Sequence record: PX670417.1 | DNA: 64,000 nt | Direction: 5' to 3' (one strand) | Source: a phage | Shown: one piece after another, positions 7,810 through 16,076 of the stretch | How the letters are laid out: each line of letters begins with the position of its first letter | How positions within the stretch are numbered: the first letter of the stretch is position 1 | Notes under the pieces: model-generated | What the model was told of the DNA's origin: nothing | Database searches by the model: none | Seen by the model: only the letters and a program-made list of their open reading frames with translations | Translations under genes and position numbers: made by a program

Positions 7810-8595
7810 TTAGTTCTTTGCGTCTAAGAAGGTAACTTCCGGTGAAGAGAAAATTCCCTCAACATCCTCATCAGTTCTTGCATAGATATATGTATCTGCA
7901 TCACTGCCAAATGTTACTGCAATTCTGTGATTGCTCTTCGACAGGTGGGTAACTAGAGCGTTACTTAGAGACATCTTTTCAACCGGAGGGTTACTTTGAT
8001 GTACCTTACCTTTTCTTCGTCTGAAGAGGGTAACTGCATCGTCAGTGAACACTACTACACCTGCAAAGTATTCTGGTTCACAGTAGTTCTTCCAACCTGA
8101 GCGTAACTTGTGGTACATCTCTCCTTCGTAGACATATAGATAGACATCTACACTCTTCATCACCTGATTAATGATAACGGTGACGGCTTGAGGGTCTAGT
8201 CCACCGATACCTGCACCAATCATAGGTAAGCCAACTTTCTTCAACTGATTAACTTCACAGTATCTGTTAAGTTGCTTCAAAGATGACTCTAAAGCACTGT
8301 AACGGGCATCTTTACCAGTCTTAAGCTGAGTGTAAAGATTAGCTATACGGCCTTGTTTTAAACGCGCTACAGAGAAATTACCTAGTAAATTTTCACAGGG
8401 TTTGTGGCCTATACCACCTGCATACAGATAAACTTCTGTATCAGTCTCATATGCTTTTGGGTAAAGTTTAGAAATCTTGTCAGCGATACCTGCACCCATT
8501 AAGTTCATACAGTTGCAACCGTGACCAATAATATCAAACTTACCTTTATCAAATGCGGAGAAGATATCCCCATTGATGATTTTTACAATACCCAT
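7810..8595 (-). CDS. Macro-domain protein, TARG1/DarG-like (candidate ADP-ribose hydrolase or binder), with about 100-aa C-terminal extension
   Basis: Motif series GDIF / HGCNCMNLMGAGIA / VGLPMIGAGIGGLD / VDVYLYVY, compared by eye with TARG1 (GDLF / HCISEDCRMGAGIA / LSMPRIGCGLDRL). Confidence 0.55.
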   Translation of the reverse strand: MGIVKIINGDIFSAFDKGKFDIIGHGCNCMNLMGAGIADKISKLYPKAYETDTEVYLYAGGIGHKPCENLLGNFSVARLKQGRIANLYTQLKTGKDARYSALESSLKQLNRYCEVNQLKKVGLPMIGAGIGGLDPQAVTVIINQVMKSVDVYLYVYEGEMYHKLRSGWKNYCEPEYFAGVVVFTDDAVTLFRRRKGKVHQSNPPVEKMSLSNALVTHLSKSNHRIAVTFGSDADTYIYARTDEDVEGIFSSPEVTFLDAKN

Positions 8596-8796
8596 TTAGC
8601 ATCTCTCCCAAGATTCTTTATCTTCTGAAGGTTTTACACGTTGTCCTTCGTGGTCTACCCAGATACATCCACAACCTTCACAGATTACTGGCATTGCATA
8701 GCCAGCTTTAAAGTCATCTTCAGTGATAAGACCTTTTAAGTCACCTGTATCACGTCCGAACATTTCGATAGCACAGTCTTTGCAGAAGTCAGCCAT
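8596..8796 (-). CDS. Small Cys-rich protein (66 aa; CxxC...CxGC)
   Basis: Track ORF 8596-8874 trimmed to the internal ATG that removes the overlap with the upstream gene. Confidence 0.4.
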   Translation of the reverse strand: MADFCKDCAIEMFGRDTGDLKGLITEDDFKAGYAMPVICEGCGCIWVDHEGQRVKPSEDKESWERC

Positions 8797-9016
8797 GAAT
8801 AATTGCCTCTTGAATGATGATACCTTTACCACAGCGACTTTTAAAGTCTTCCAATGGTTCAGAGATGAAGCCACGTAAACAGTCAGTGAATACTAAGTTC
8901 TTCCGGTAAGCTATCACATCATTTGCTGTAAATGGTATGACCTCATTTCGTCCAATGAACACTGCTGACCTGATAAGTTTCCGTGTCTTTTTATCTCTGG
9001 CTAGTATTACTCTCAT
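8789..9016 (-). CDS. Hypothetical protein (75 aa)
   Basis: ORF in the leftward gene series. Confidence 0.4.
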   Translation of the reverse strand: MRVILARDKKTRKLIRSAVFIGRNEVIPFTANDVIAYRKNLVFTDCLRGFISEPLEDFKSRCGKGIIIQEAIIHG

Positions 9017-9317
9017 AGTTTACCTTCTCAGTTAGCTCGTATAAATCAACATGCTCAATGCTATCAATGTTGATACCAATCTTTTTGAAGCGTTCTATCA
9101 CTTCGTTGTCAGTCATCCATATCAGACACCAATGATTGTGGATGGATTCTTCAAGAAGGTCAACACAATCTTTAAAAGTTTTTGTATCACTTCTTGTTCC
9201 GACTACTGCGATTGTTCCATATAGCCACTTACCATTACCATAAGATACTTGTGCTACTCCAACTTCTTTATCTTTCTCGTAGTAAACGGCTACAAAGTCT
9301 CTTCCATTAATCTGCAT
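8991..9317 (-). CDS. Hypothetical protein (108 aa)
   Basis: ORF. Confidence 0.5.
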   Translation of the reverse strand: MQINGRDFVAVYYEKDKEVGVAQVSYGNGKWLYGTIAVVGTRSDTKTFKDCVDLLEESIHNHWCLIWMTDNEVIERFKKIGINIDSIEHVDLYELTEKVNYESNTSQR

Positions 9318-9319
9318 AG

Positions 9320-9589
9320 TTACTTCCTCGTTTTAAGAACTGCTAAGATTTCTTTAGAGTCTGGTAAGAACCATGTGTAGTGATTCTCTTTGATTTCTGG
9401 ATGAGTGTCAACCTTTATTTTGCACTCTTTACCAACATGCTTAAGTTGTGCTGTGACACCTTGCATAAAGATATGACACATCACATTATCCATAATGGTT
9501 GGTGAGAAATCAACCCGCATATAAGTTTCTTTTGGTCGTGGTAGCAGTAAGTACCCTTCTACATAGAACGTATCTTCATTCTCTGTCAT
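9320..9589 (-). CDS. Hypothetical protein (89 aa)
   Basis: ORF. Confidence 0.5.
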   Translation of the reverse strand: MTENEDTFYVEGYLLLPRPKETYMRVDFSPTIMDNVMCHIFMQGVTAQLKHVGKECKIKVDTHPEIKENHYTWFLPDSKEILAVLKTRK

Positions 9590-9855
9590 TGCTGTTTGTT
9601 TCCTAATAAAATCATATCAATAAGGTTATTAGCTTTGATTGTGCACTGGTAAAAACCATCACGATAAAACTCAAGGGCTGCTGCCACATCACTACCAGTA
9701 TTACCTTTGACAGTGAATCTTGACTCTTCTTGAGTGTACTTGTCACTCTCACTTACTTGGGAGTTTTTGAATGTACTGTTCACTTTGTTCGTTGAACACC
9801 CTGACATAATTATCAGTAACACAAACATTATAAAACTCTGGCTTAGTTTTTTCAT
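9586..9855 (-). CDS. Lipoprotein (89 aa); candidate o-spanin, start embedded in the upstream ORF
   Basis: Signal peptide with lipobox LIIMSG-C; 107-nt out-of-frame overlap with ORF 9749-10096. Confidence 0.45.
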   Translation of the reverse strand: MKKLSQSFIMFVLLIIMSGCSTNKVNSTFKNSQVSESDKYTQEESRFTVKGNTGSDVAAALEFYRDGFYQCTIKANNLIDMILLGNKQQ

Positions 9856-10096
9856 ATGTTAGTACCTCTTTTGTATGCTTATTCTTAGCAAGCACATCTT
9901 TCAAATCATTTTTGTAATTGGTGCTGAGTGTGGCTAAACCTTCCTGATAAGCATCTTTAGCAACACTTATTAGTTTCTCATTGTTTAGCTCAGCTTCAGC
10001 AACTTGATAGTCTCTGTAAGAGTATCCTCCCCAGACACCTGCCCCAACTAAGAAAACAATTATAAAAGTAGCTTGACAGAACTCTTTAAATGTCAT
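9749..10096 (-). CDS. Type II membrane protein (115 aa); candidate i-spanin
   Basis: N-terminal TM helix FIIVFLVGAGVWGG followed by a polar domain; overlaps the lipoprotein gene. Confidence 0.45.
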   Translation of the reverse strand: MTFKEFCQATFIIVFLVGAGVWGGYSYRDYQVAEAELNNEKLISVAKDAYQEGLATLSTNYKNDLKDVLAKNKHTKEVLTYEKTKPEFYNVCVTDNYVRVFNEQSEQYIQKLPSK

Positions 10097-10111
10097 TTAA
10101 CAATCTCCTGA

Positions 10112-10137
10112 AATGAAAAAGGCTCCCGAAGGAGCCT
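10112..10137 (-). terminator. Intrinsic terminator (GGCTCC-TTCG-GGAGCC + T-run)
   Basis: GC hairpin with T-run on the minus strand after ORF 10149-10613. Confidence 0.6.
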
Positions 10138-10148
10138 GTATCTTAACC

Positions 10149-10613
10149 TTAACCGAGGACTTTAGCAAGGACATTTGCAGCCATCGAAGAAGCTTTTGCA
10201 GCAGCAGCTACCCCAGCTTTGACGGTGCTATCCTTGATAGCAGATACCGTTGCAGCATCAGTAAAGAGATAAGTAGTTGTTTTAGAACCACTTGTAAAGG
10301 AAAGCATAAGAGCAGTTTCCAGATTGAAAGAGCGATACGGAGCACCTTCTTTAACGATACCTTCAGCACCTAACTCTGAAGCCATACCCATATCATAGAT
10401 AGTCATCAGGTTTTCTTTGTGTGCAGTCGTTGAACCAGCACCTTTGACGTGTTTCTTAACATTCAGAAGAGCACGGTATTCTCGGATGTTACCATCTGCT
10501 TTTACATTGACAGCACGGAAGATTTTACCCTCAAAGTTGCTTTTGATAATGTTACGAACTACTTCAGATTTGTTTGCCGTAACGTCCAGTGCTACCGTAA
10601 TGATATTGTTCAT
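10149..10613 (-). CDS. Hypothetical protein (154 aa; Ala/Gly/Ser-rich)
   Basis: ORF followed by an intrinsic terminator. Confidence 0.55.
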   Translation of the reverse strand: MNNIITVALDVTANKSEVVRNIIKSNFEGKIFRAVNVKADGNIREYRALLNVKKHVKGAGSTTAHKENLMTIYDMGMASELGAEGIVKEGAPYRSFNLETALMLSFTSGSKTTTYLFTDAATVSAIKDSTVKAGVAAAAKASSMAANVLAKVLG

Positions 10614-10623
10614 AAGTTTTCTC

Positions 10624-11319
10624 TCAATGTTTTACTAACATAGTTTTAATGTGCGGAAGGATTCTGTTTACCTTCTGAACATTCTTCTCTGTATCTTCTA
10701 TAAAACATACTATATCAAAGTAAGGAAGAATGCAAGACTGAATCATCCTAACTTTCAAACTTTCTGCATTTATAGAGTTAGTTCCAAAACCACGCATAAA
10801 AAGCATGTAATCGTGCTCTATGTTATGCCTTAAAAACATCTCAGTAGGTATTCTCTGAGATTCACCTCTCGCTGTCAAGAGTCCAATGGCAGCATGATTA
10901 GCAATTGCATCAATAATACTAAAAACATACGTTGGTTTTGCTCTTACAGAGTCAAGAAGATTAGTGTACTGTGAGAATGACCCATCAGTCAATTCCGTTG
11001 AGCAATCTTCGTGATTAAAATTTGTAAGAACACCATCAATATCTGCTAAGATGAGGTTACCTTTTTCTACAAGGTCTTTATTGACTATGACTAAACTGTC
11101 ACGTCTTACACCTAGAGATTGTCCAGTCTCTTTGTCCACAACGTTCACAACTGGTTCTGACGTGTGGAACTCTTCAAGTGAACATACAACTTCTCTTGCA
11201 GTGTCTTCAAAATCCCTGCACTGTTCTGGAGTCCATATACAGGAATCAAGACCTAACTCATGAGGATGCAAGTCGTAAGCATGACACAGTACTTCATCAG
11301 ACTTTCTTAATTTTTTCAT
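10624..11319 (-). CDS. HAD-superfamily hydrolase-like protein (231 aa)
   Basis: Motif ILADIDGVLT resembles HAD motif I (hhhDxDG). Confidence 0.45.
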   Translation of the reverse strand: MKKLRKSDEVLCHAYDLHPHELGLDSCIWTPEQCRDFEDTAREVVCSLEEFHTSEPVVNVVDKETGQSLGVRRDSLVIVNKDLVEKGNLILADIDGVLTNFNHEDCSTELTDGSFSQYTNLLDSVRAKPTYVFSIIDAIANHAAIGLLTARGESQRIPTEMFLRHNIEHDYMLFMRGFGTNSINAESLKVRMIQSCILPYFDIVCFIEDTEKNVQKVNRILPHIKTMLVKH

Positions 11320-11845
11320 GATTTACCTTAGAAATGTTTGTTGCAAATTCACATTGAGCGATGACTTTCATATTGTTATAGACATCTTGAGAGTATTTCT
11401 TAGCTTTAGGAATTTTGTACGAATACCCAGCATTATATGATGCTAAAACTTTTTGTAAAGTCTTCTTTGACTTTGGTTGACCGTGTACCTTAGTCCAAAA
11501 TTCAAGCTCTTTGTGTGTTTCCTTTGCAGCATAGTCAAAATCTTTTAAGAGTTTCTTTTTAGCCACATTAGGACTGATTTTGTTACGCTTTACAACAGTC
11601 TTCAAGTGATTCTGGAAGATACCATAATCATGTGTCTTTTTATTCTCTACATTCAGACCTAACTCTGACTCTTGTAAGGCTATAGCAGCTAGAGTGATAC
11701 CCCAACCTTTACCCATATTATTCTCACCATACTGGTAAGCTTTTAACATGTTTACTTTTTGGCTAATTGATAGCTCTGGGCAGTCAACTGCATAAGATAA
11801 GTGTGCTGTAAACATTAAGCACAAACCTAGAATCAACTTCTTCAT
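11297..11845 (-). CDS. Secreted lytic transglycosylase-like protein (182 aa); candidate endolysin or lysis-associated
   Basis: Signal peptide MKKLILGLCLMFTAHLSYA; AIALQESELG...YGIFQ resembles the SLT catalytic Glu region. Confidence 0.45.
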   Translation of the reverse strand: MKKLILGLCLMFTAHLSYAVDCPELSISQKVNMLKAYQYGENNMGKGWGITLAAIALQESELGLNVENKKTHDYGIFQNHLKTVVKRNKISPNVAKKKLLKDFDYAAKETHKELEFWTKVHGQPKSKKTLQKVLASYNAGYSYKIPKAKKYSQDVYNNMKVIAQCEFATNISKVNHEKIKKV

Positions 11846-11904
11846 TGGTTCTCCTGTTTAGTTTATCGTGACAACAATTATACAGCACTCTGCACAAAAT
11901 ACAA

Positions 11905-11930
11905 ATAAAAAAGGCCGCCGAAGCAGCCTT
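11905..11930. terminator. Intrinsic terminator after the rIIB-like gene (hairpin flanked by A-run and T-run)
   Basis: AAAAAA-GGCCGCCGAAGCAGCC-TTTT. Confidence 0.55.
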
Positions 11931-11945
11931 TTAAGAAATTACTTA

Positions 11946-13055
11946 TTAGATTTCACGTTTACGTTGAGAGATGAGTTCACCAGCAGTGCCAACGATGACA
12001 TGCAAAGCTTCAGTCTTACCATCCCATGCTTTCAGCACTTTACGTTGATTATCAACGATTGCTGTAACTTCATAACGGGATGAACGCATCTTCATATCGT
12101 TGTAATCAGTCGGAACAGCTACAACATCTCGTGGATGGACACGAACCTTCAGGATTGTATCACCTGAGAAGCAACGAACGTAATCCCAAGCACCAACATG
12201 AAGACCTTGAGAACAAGTTACGTTACGGTTATTATCAACCATCCAACGTGGCATTTCTACAATGTTACCCAAATCATTAGGTACTTTGTAGGTGCGGGAA
12301 TCAACCAGCTTGCCTTCATGAGTAGAGACTTTCTTCCAGCCAATGATGTAGCCTTCTTCATCAATTTCAACATCAAGGTGTGATACGAATCCCCAAAGTT
12401 GTTCTACAGAATCTTTAGATGGGTTTTCCATCAGTTTTTCGAAGAACATTACAAGTCGTTCAAAACCTTTATCACCAGTCTTCATCATGTGGAGAATACG
12501 GTCAACCAGAGTAGAACGCATCTCAACAGCACCGTAGAATAACTTGTCACCTTTGATTGTGATAGCACCCTGAGTGAAGTTTTCGATAGACTTACGAATA
12601 TTCATCAGTTCAAAGGCTTTCTTGAACTCACCTTTCACAACATGAACTACAATATCTTGATAGTTCGGATGAGTAGACTCAACAATTTCAGATTCTGAAC
12701 CGTAAGTCATAATTACAGAGTCACCAGTAATCATGTACTCAATCTTGTCATCTTTCTGCATAGCTTCATGCAGTTTATTTACTGGAGCTTTCTGTACAGA
12801 TTCCTTAACAACCTTTTCAACTGGTTTTCCAGCTTTCTTTTTAACTGATTTAGCAACTTGCTTCAAAGTCTTCGTAGCTGGTTTAGAAGTTGCCTTTTTC
12901 TTACCTTTTAAGGTTGCTTCATGACGCTCTACAGCACGACCAACTGAACGGGTTGAAGTATTGAACTTCTGTGCAATAGCTGTTTTAGTCAGCTTACCTT
13001 CTTTAACCAGTTCGTAGATTTCTGCGTCAATCTGTGCTTTAGTTTTAATAGTCAT
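11946..13055 (-). CDS. rIIB: rIIB-like protein (369 aa)
   Basis: Position immediately downstream of the rIIA-like gene; N-terminal HTH-like segment then Lys-rich linker; assignment by synteny only. Confidence 0.4.
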   Translation of the reverse strand: MTIKTKAQIDAEIYELVKEGKLTKTAIAQKFNTSTRSVGRAVERHEATLKGKKKATSKPATKTLKQVAKSVKKKAGKPVEKVVKESVQKAPVNKLHEAMQKDDKIEYMITGDSVIMTYGSESEIVESTHPNYQDIVVHVVKGEFKKAFELMNIRKSIENFTQGAITIKGDKLFYGAVEMRSTLVDRILHMMKTGDKGFERLVMFFEKLMENPSKDSVEQLWGFVSHLDVEIDEEGYIIGWKKVSTHEGKLVDSRTYKVPNDLGNIVEMPRWMVDNNRNVTCSQGLHVGAWDYVRCFSGDTILKVRVHPRDVVAVPTDYNDMKMRSSRYEVTAIVDNQRKVLKAWDGKTEALHVIVGTAGELISQRKREI

Positions 13056-13106
13056 CTTATTACTCTCTCTTGTTAGTTAATAAATCATTTTGTAAGGCTA
13101 TTCTAA

Positions 13107-13122
13107 GGGGCTTTGAAGCCCC
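13107..13122 (-). promoter_or_regulatory. GGGGCT-TTGA-AGCCCC hairpin between rIIA and rIIB (identical to the hairpin at 17880-17895)
   Basis: Perfect 6-bp GC stem; weak T-run. Confidence 0.5.
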
Positions 13123-13134
13123 TTGTCAAACACT

Positions 13135-15501
13135 TTAATCGTGAATTGTAGTCCCTTCTGGAACACACTTCACATCAAAGCCTAAGAACTTACTCACTTC
13201 GATGGGTGACACTTTATTCCAATCTAAATGAGAAAGCAAGAAGTTTTCTTGTTTTCTTTTTGAAAGATAGTTTGACACCTTAATGACCATACGGTCACCA
13301 GCTTTCTTGATTTTCTTGTACAGCTTTGTATCATTGTCAAGGCATTCTTTCAAAGTTTGCAATCTACTAATAGTGTAAGTGTATGCAAACGGTGCAGCAA
13401 CGTATTGGATTTTACCAAACATTGCCTCAACAGCATCTTCATTACCTTCTAAGAAGATAGTTTTGTTTGTATCCCGTGAATAACAATAACCACGAGAAAT
13501 CTTCCTGTTATTGAACGTAAAGTTTCTGGCAATAATCCAACTGCTTGTAAGGTCTAGGACACCATTCATATAGATACGTGTCATATACCTGTTATGATTA
13601 ATCCAGTGGACATTAGTTAAGCTGTCGTTCAAGAGCTTCTCATCTACTTCAATCCAGTCTTCTGGTATCTTTTTCCAATTTGCTTTTCGGAAAACATAGA
13701 CCGTCTTTCCAATGACATTGGCAACTGACTTAGCTACATCATCTGGAGATGAGCAAAAACATTCACCATCAACAGTATCACCAACTGCCTTAATGTAAAG
13801 TTGAGGCTCTTCAATTGTGTCTAAGTCTTCTGACACCTCTGTGTATGAAGCTACACCTTCTGCTGGAACAGCTTTCCAGAGTTTTACAACACCTCTTACA
13901 GCTTCTTTACGCTGATAATGATGTTCCTTATCAGACATCTTTACAATCTTTAACAAGCTTTTGTCAAGTTTGTGTAGATTGATTAGGTCGTCTAACTCTT
14001 TCTCAGTAGAGAATACAAAGACGATACCATTGTATCTGTGAAACAGACTTGACTCACTGGCATAGTCTCGACATGCACCACGCAAGATTTGATTGCGTCC
14101 TACAGTCTTCTCAGTACCGTTTTTATTGCGACGGTCATTTATAACAAACAAAAACTGTTCAATTTGGCTTTTACGCATTGCGCCAAAGATATTGAACATA
14201 CTTGCCTCTTGAGTGTAGGAAAGTGCTGTTGCACGAATCTTACTTTCTAAAGAGTTGAACTTAACATAAGCAACTGGGTCATAAAGATAATCTACTTTAG
14301 GAATATTGTTTCCGTTCCTGTCAACCTTAATATTACCTTTACCATCACGTTCATAAATGACTGAGCCGTCTTCTGCATAGATAATTCCACGACGAATATT
14401 TAGTAATTCTTCTTCCAGAGAATCAAGCTTAACACCTCCCCACTCTAGCTTTGGACACACAGCATTAAACATCTCTCGTGAGTTCAAACGTAACTCAGCA
14501 TAAGCCTGTGCAGCATCCATGAGTGTAGGTTGACTATTAACTTTCTTGATAACATCCTTTGTAATTGCTTCAGTTATCTTTTTAGTAGCCTCAATGATAA
14601 CATTTTTTGTTGTATCATTCATCTGCAATGCTTCACGAGAAGCTGCAATAGCAACTGAACCAATAGGCATATAGATGTTTACAAGGTCTACGCTCCTACG
14701 GAAAAACTCTGGCAAGACTTTAAAGAAATCATCACCAAGTAGTGCTTCCATGTTAACAGGGTAGGCAATGTTACCCATCACTACATTAAACTCTGTCCTG
14801 TTACCACTAGAACGCCAGCTTTGCTTATGAATCATGGCATCATAAACACCTTCTTCACGGGCAATGACATTCATATCTGCTAATACATCGTCATACTCAA
14901 TGTTACTTTCCGGTTTTACAGCAAAGTATGAGTATACGTGACCAGCCTCTTCAAAGAACTTTGAGATACGATGGTCAGCAACTGCTACACGTACAGCTAA
15001 ACCATTTGGCTCTTTTGTTGGGTTGGTGGTCAGCTTAGTTACTTGAGGAATACCATTCTCAAGATAAACAGAATACTTATTAACAACACCGTCAACATAA
15101 CTGGACACTGTGAATGACTGAGCAATTGCAAATGGGGATTTTGAGCCGATACCCATTGCACCAATGTAGTCATTAGAGTCATTCTTTGTAGAAGCCCCGT
15201 AGTTTAGATACAAACTCATAACTTTATCATGAGTCAATCCAGTTCCAAAATCACGAACTTCAAAGTAAGGCTCAAAACGAGTCGGTAAATGCACATGGAA
15301 CGGGATGTTCTCTTTTCCAGCTTCTTTCTGAGCATCTACTGCGTTACATGACAGTTCACGAATTACTGCTCGCTCTTTAAAGGTATATACACCAGAACTC
15401 AGAAGGCTGAACATTTCAGGTGTCATTGTAATCTGTGCTTGAGATGTCTCTAAAGAAGTTGAACTCTTAATCACTTCTGCGTGGTCGTTTACCATGCGCA
15501 T
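13135..15501 (-). CDS. rIIA: rIIA-like protein with N-terminal GHKL ATPase fold (788 aa)
   Basis: GHKL-like N-box ELSCNAVDA, G1 VRDFGTGL, G2 GAMGIGSKS; size and pairing with downstream gene fit rIIA/rIIB. Confidence 0.55.
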   Translation of the reverse strand: MRMVNDHAEVIKSSTSLETSQAQITMTPEMFSLLSSGVYTFKERAVIRELSCNAVDAQKEAGKENIPFHVHLPTRFEPYFEVRDFGTGLTHDKVMSLYLNYGASTKNDSNDYIGAMGIGSKSPFAIAQSFTVSSYVDGVVNKYSVYLENGIPQVTKLTTNPTKEPNGLAVRVAVADHRISKFFEEAGHVYSYFAVKPESNIEYDDVLADMNVIAREEGVYDAMIHKQSWRSSGNRTEFNVVMGNIAYPVNMEALLGDDFFKVLPEFFRRSVDLVNIYMPIGSVAIAASREALQMNDTTKNVIIEATKKITEAITKDVIKKVNSQPTLMDAAQAYAELRLNSREMFNAVCPKLEWGGVKLDSLEEELLNIRRGIIYAEDGSVIYERDGKGNIKVDRNGNNIPKVDYLYDPVAYVKFNSLESKIRATALSYTQEASMFNIFGAMRKSQIEQFLFVINDRRNKNGTEKTVGRNQILRGACRDYASESSLFHRYNGIVFVFSTEKELDDLINLHKLDKSLLKIVKMSDKEHHYQRKEAVRGVVKLWKAVPAEGVASYTEVSEDLDTIEEPQLYIKAVGDTVDGECFCSSPDDVAKSVANVIGKTVYVFRKANWKKIPEDWIEVDEKLLNDSLTNVHWINHNRYMTRIYMNGVLDLTSSWIIARNFTFNNRKISRGYCYSRDTNKTIFLEGNEDAVEAMFGKIQYVAAPFAYTYTISRLQTLKECLDNDTKLYKKIKKAGDRMVIKVSNYLSKRKQENFLLSHLDWNKVSPIEVSKFLGFDVKCVPEGTTIHD

Positions 15502-15529
15502 AATACTTTCCTCTTAGTTTACTGTTAAA

Positions 15530-15706
15530 TTACTTATTAAACATTTTACCAGAACCGCCACACATAGGGCAACAACCTGCTCTTGTATAGCCTTCTCCAT
15601 TACAGAAGTCACATTTTTTGTGTTCTGCATAGTACTTACAAAGAAGGTAAACAAATACTGCTATACTACCAAGTGACAGTAAAATTTCTATCCAATATGC
15701 TTGCAT
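15530..15706 (-). CDS. Small membrane-anchored protein with two DnaJ-type CxxCxGxG zinc-finger repeats (58 aa; not in ORF track)
   Basis: Hand translation MQAYWIEILLSLGSIAVFVYLLCKYYAEHKKCDFCNGEGYTRAGCCPMCGGSGKMFNK; fills the gap between ORF 15688-16023 and rIIA. Confidence 0.35.
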   Translation of the reverse strand: MQAYWIEILLSLGSIAVFVYLLCKYYAEHKKCDFCNGEGYTRAGCCPMCGGSGKMFNK

Positions 15707-16023
15707 GACTCACCTCTCATATTCTTGTAAAGGATAAAGCTTCTGTCATGAACGATGCTTGTAGATACTGCAAAGTTACTTTCAAGCATCTGTTTGTTTG
15801 GATTGTAGAAGCTTTCTTTAAACTCGTCAAGTGCAAATTGGTGATTGTCTGGAAGACCTTTCACACACACCTTTATTGTAATTGCTGCTGCAACCTTGCC
15901 AGTCAGTTCTTCTTTAGCCGCTACTAAGATTTTGTTGAGGAACTTATGACCATTTTCAGGCTTCTTGATGTTCTCCCAGCGTTCTTCTAAGACAATATTG
16001 ATGTTCATTTCTTTGATTTTCAT
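15688..16023 (-). CDS. Hypothetical protein (111 aa)
   Basis: ORF. Confidence 0.5.
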   Translation of the reverse strand: MKIKEMNINIVLEERWENIKKPENGHKFLNKILVAAKEELTGKVAAAITIKVCVKGLPDNHQFALDEFKESFYNPNKQMLESNFAVSTSIVHDRSFILYKNMRGESCKHIG

Positions 16024-16035
16024 AATCTTCTCCAG

Positions 16036-16062
16036 AAATTAAAAAGGCTCCCGTAGGAGCCT
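16036..16062 (-). terminator. Intrinsic terminator after the NAMPT-like gene (AGGCTCC-CGTA-GGAGCCT + T-run)
   Basis: GC hairpin and T-run on the minus strand. Confidence 0.6.
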
Positions 16063-16076
16063 CTTATCATATACTT

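Noticed and set aside
13135-15501. Alternative reading of the GHKL-ATPase protein as a type II topoisomerase ATPase subunit
   Set aside because: No TOPRIM-like segment was visible and the downstream partner does not look GyrA-like; rIIA/rIIB fits better, though without an alignment this stays uncertain.
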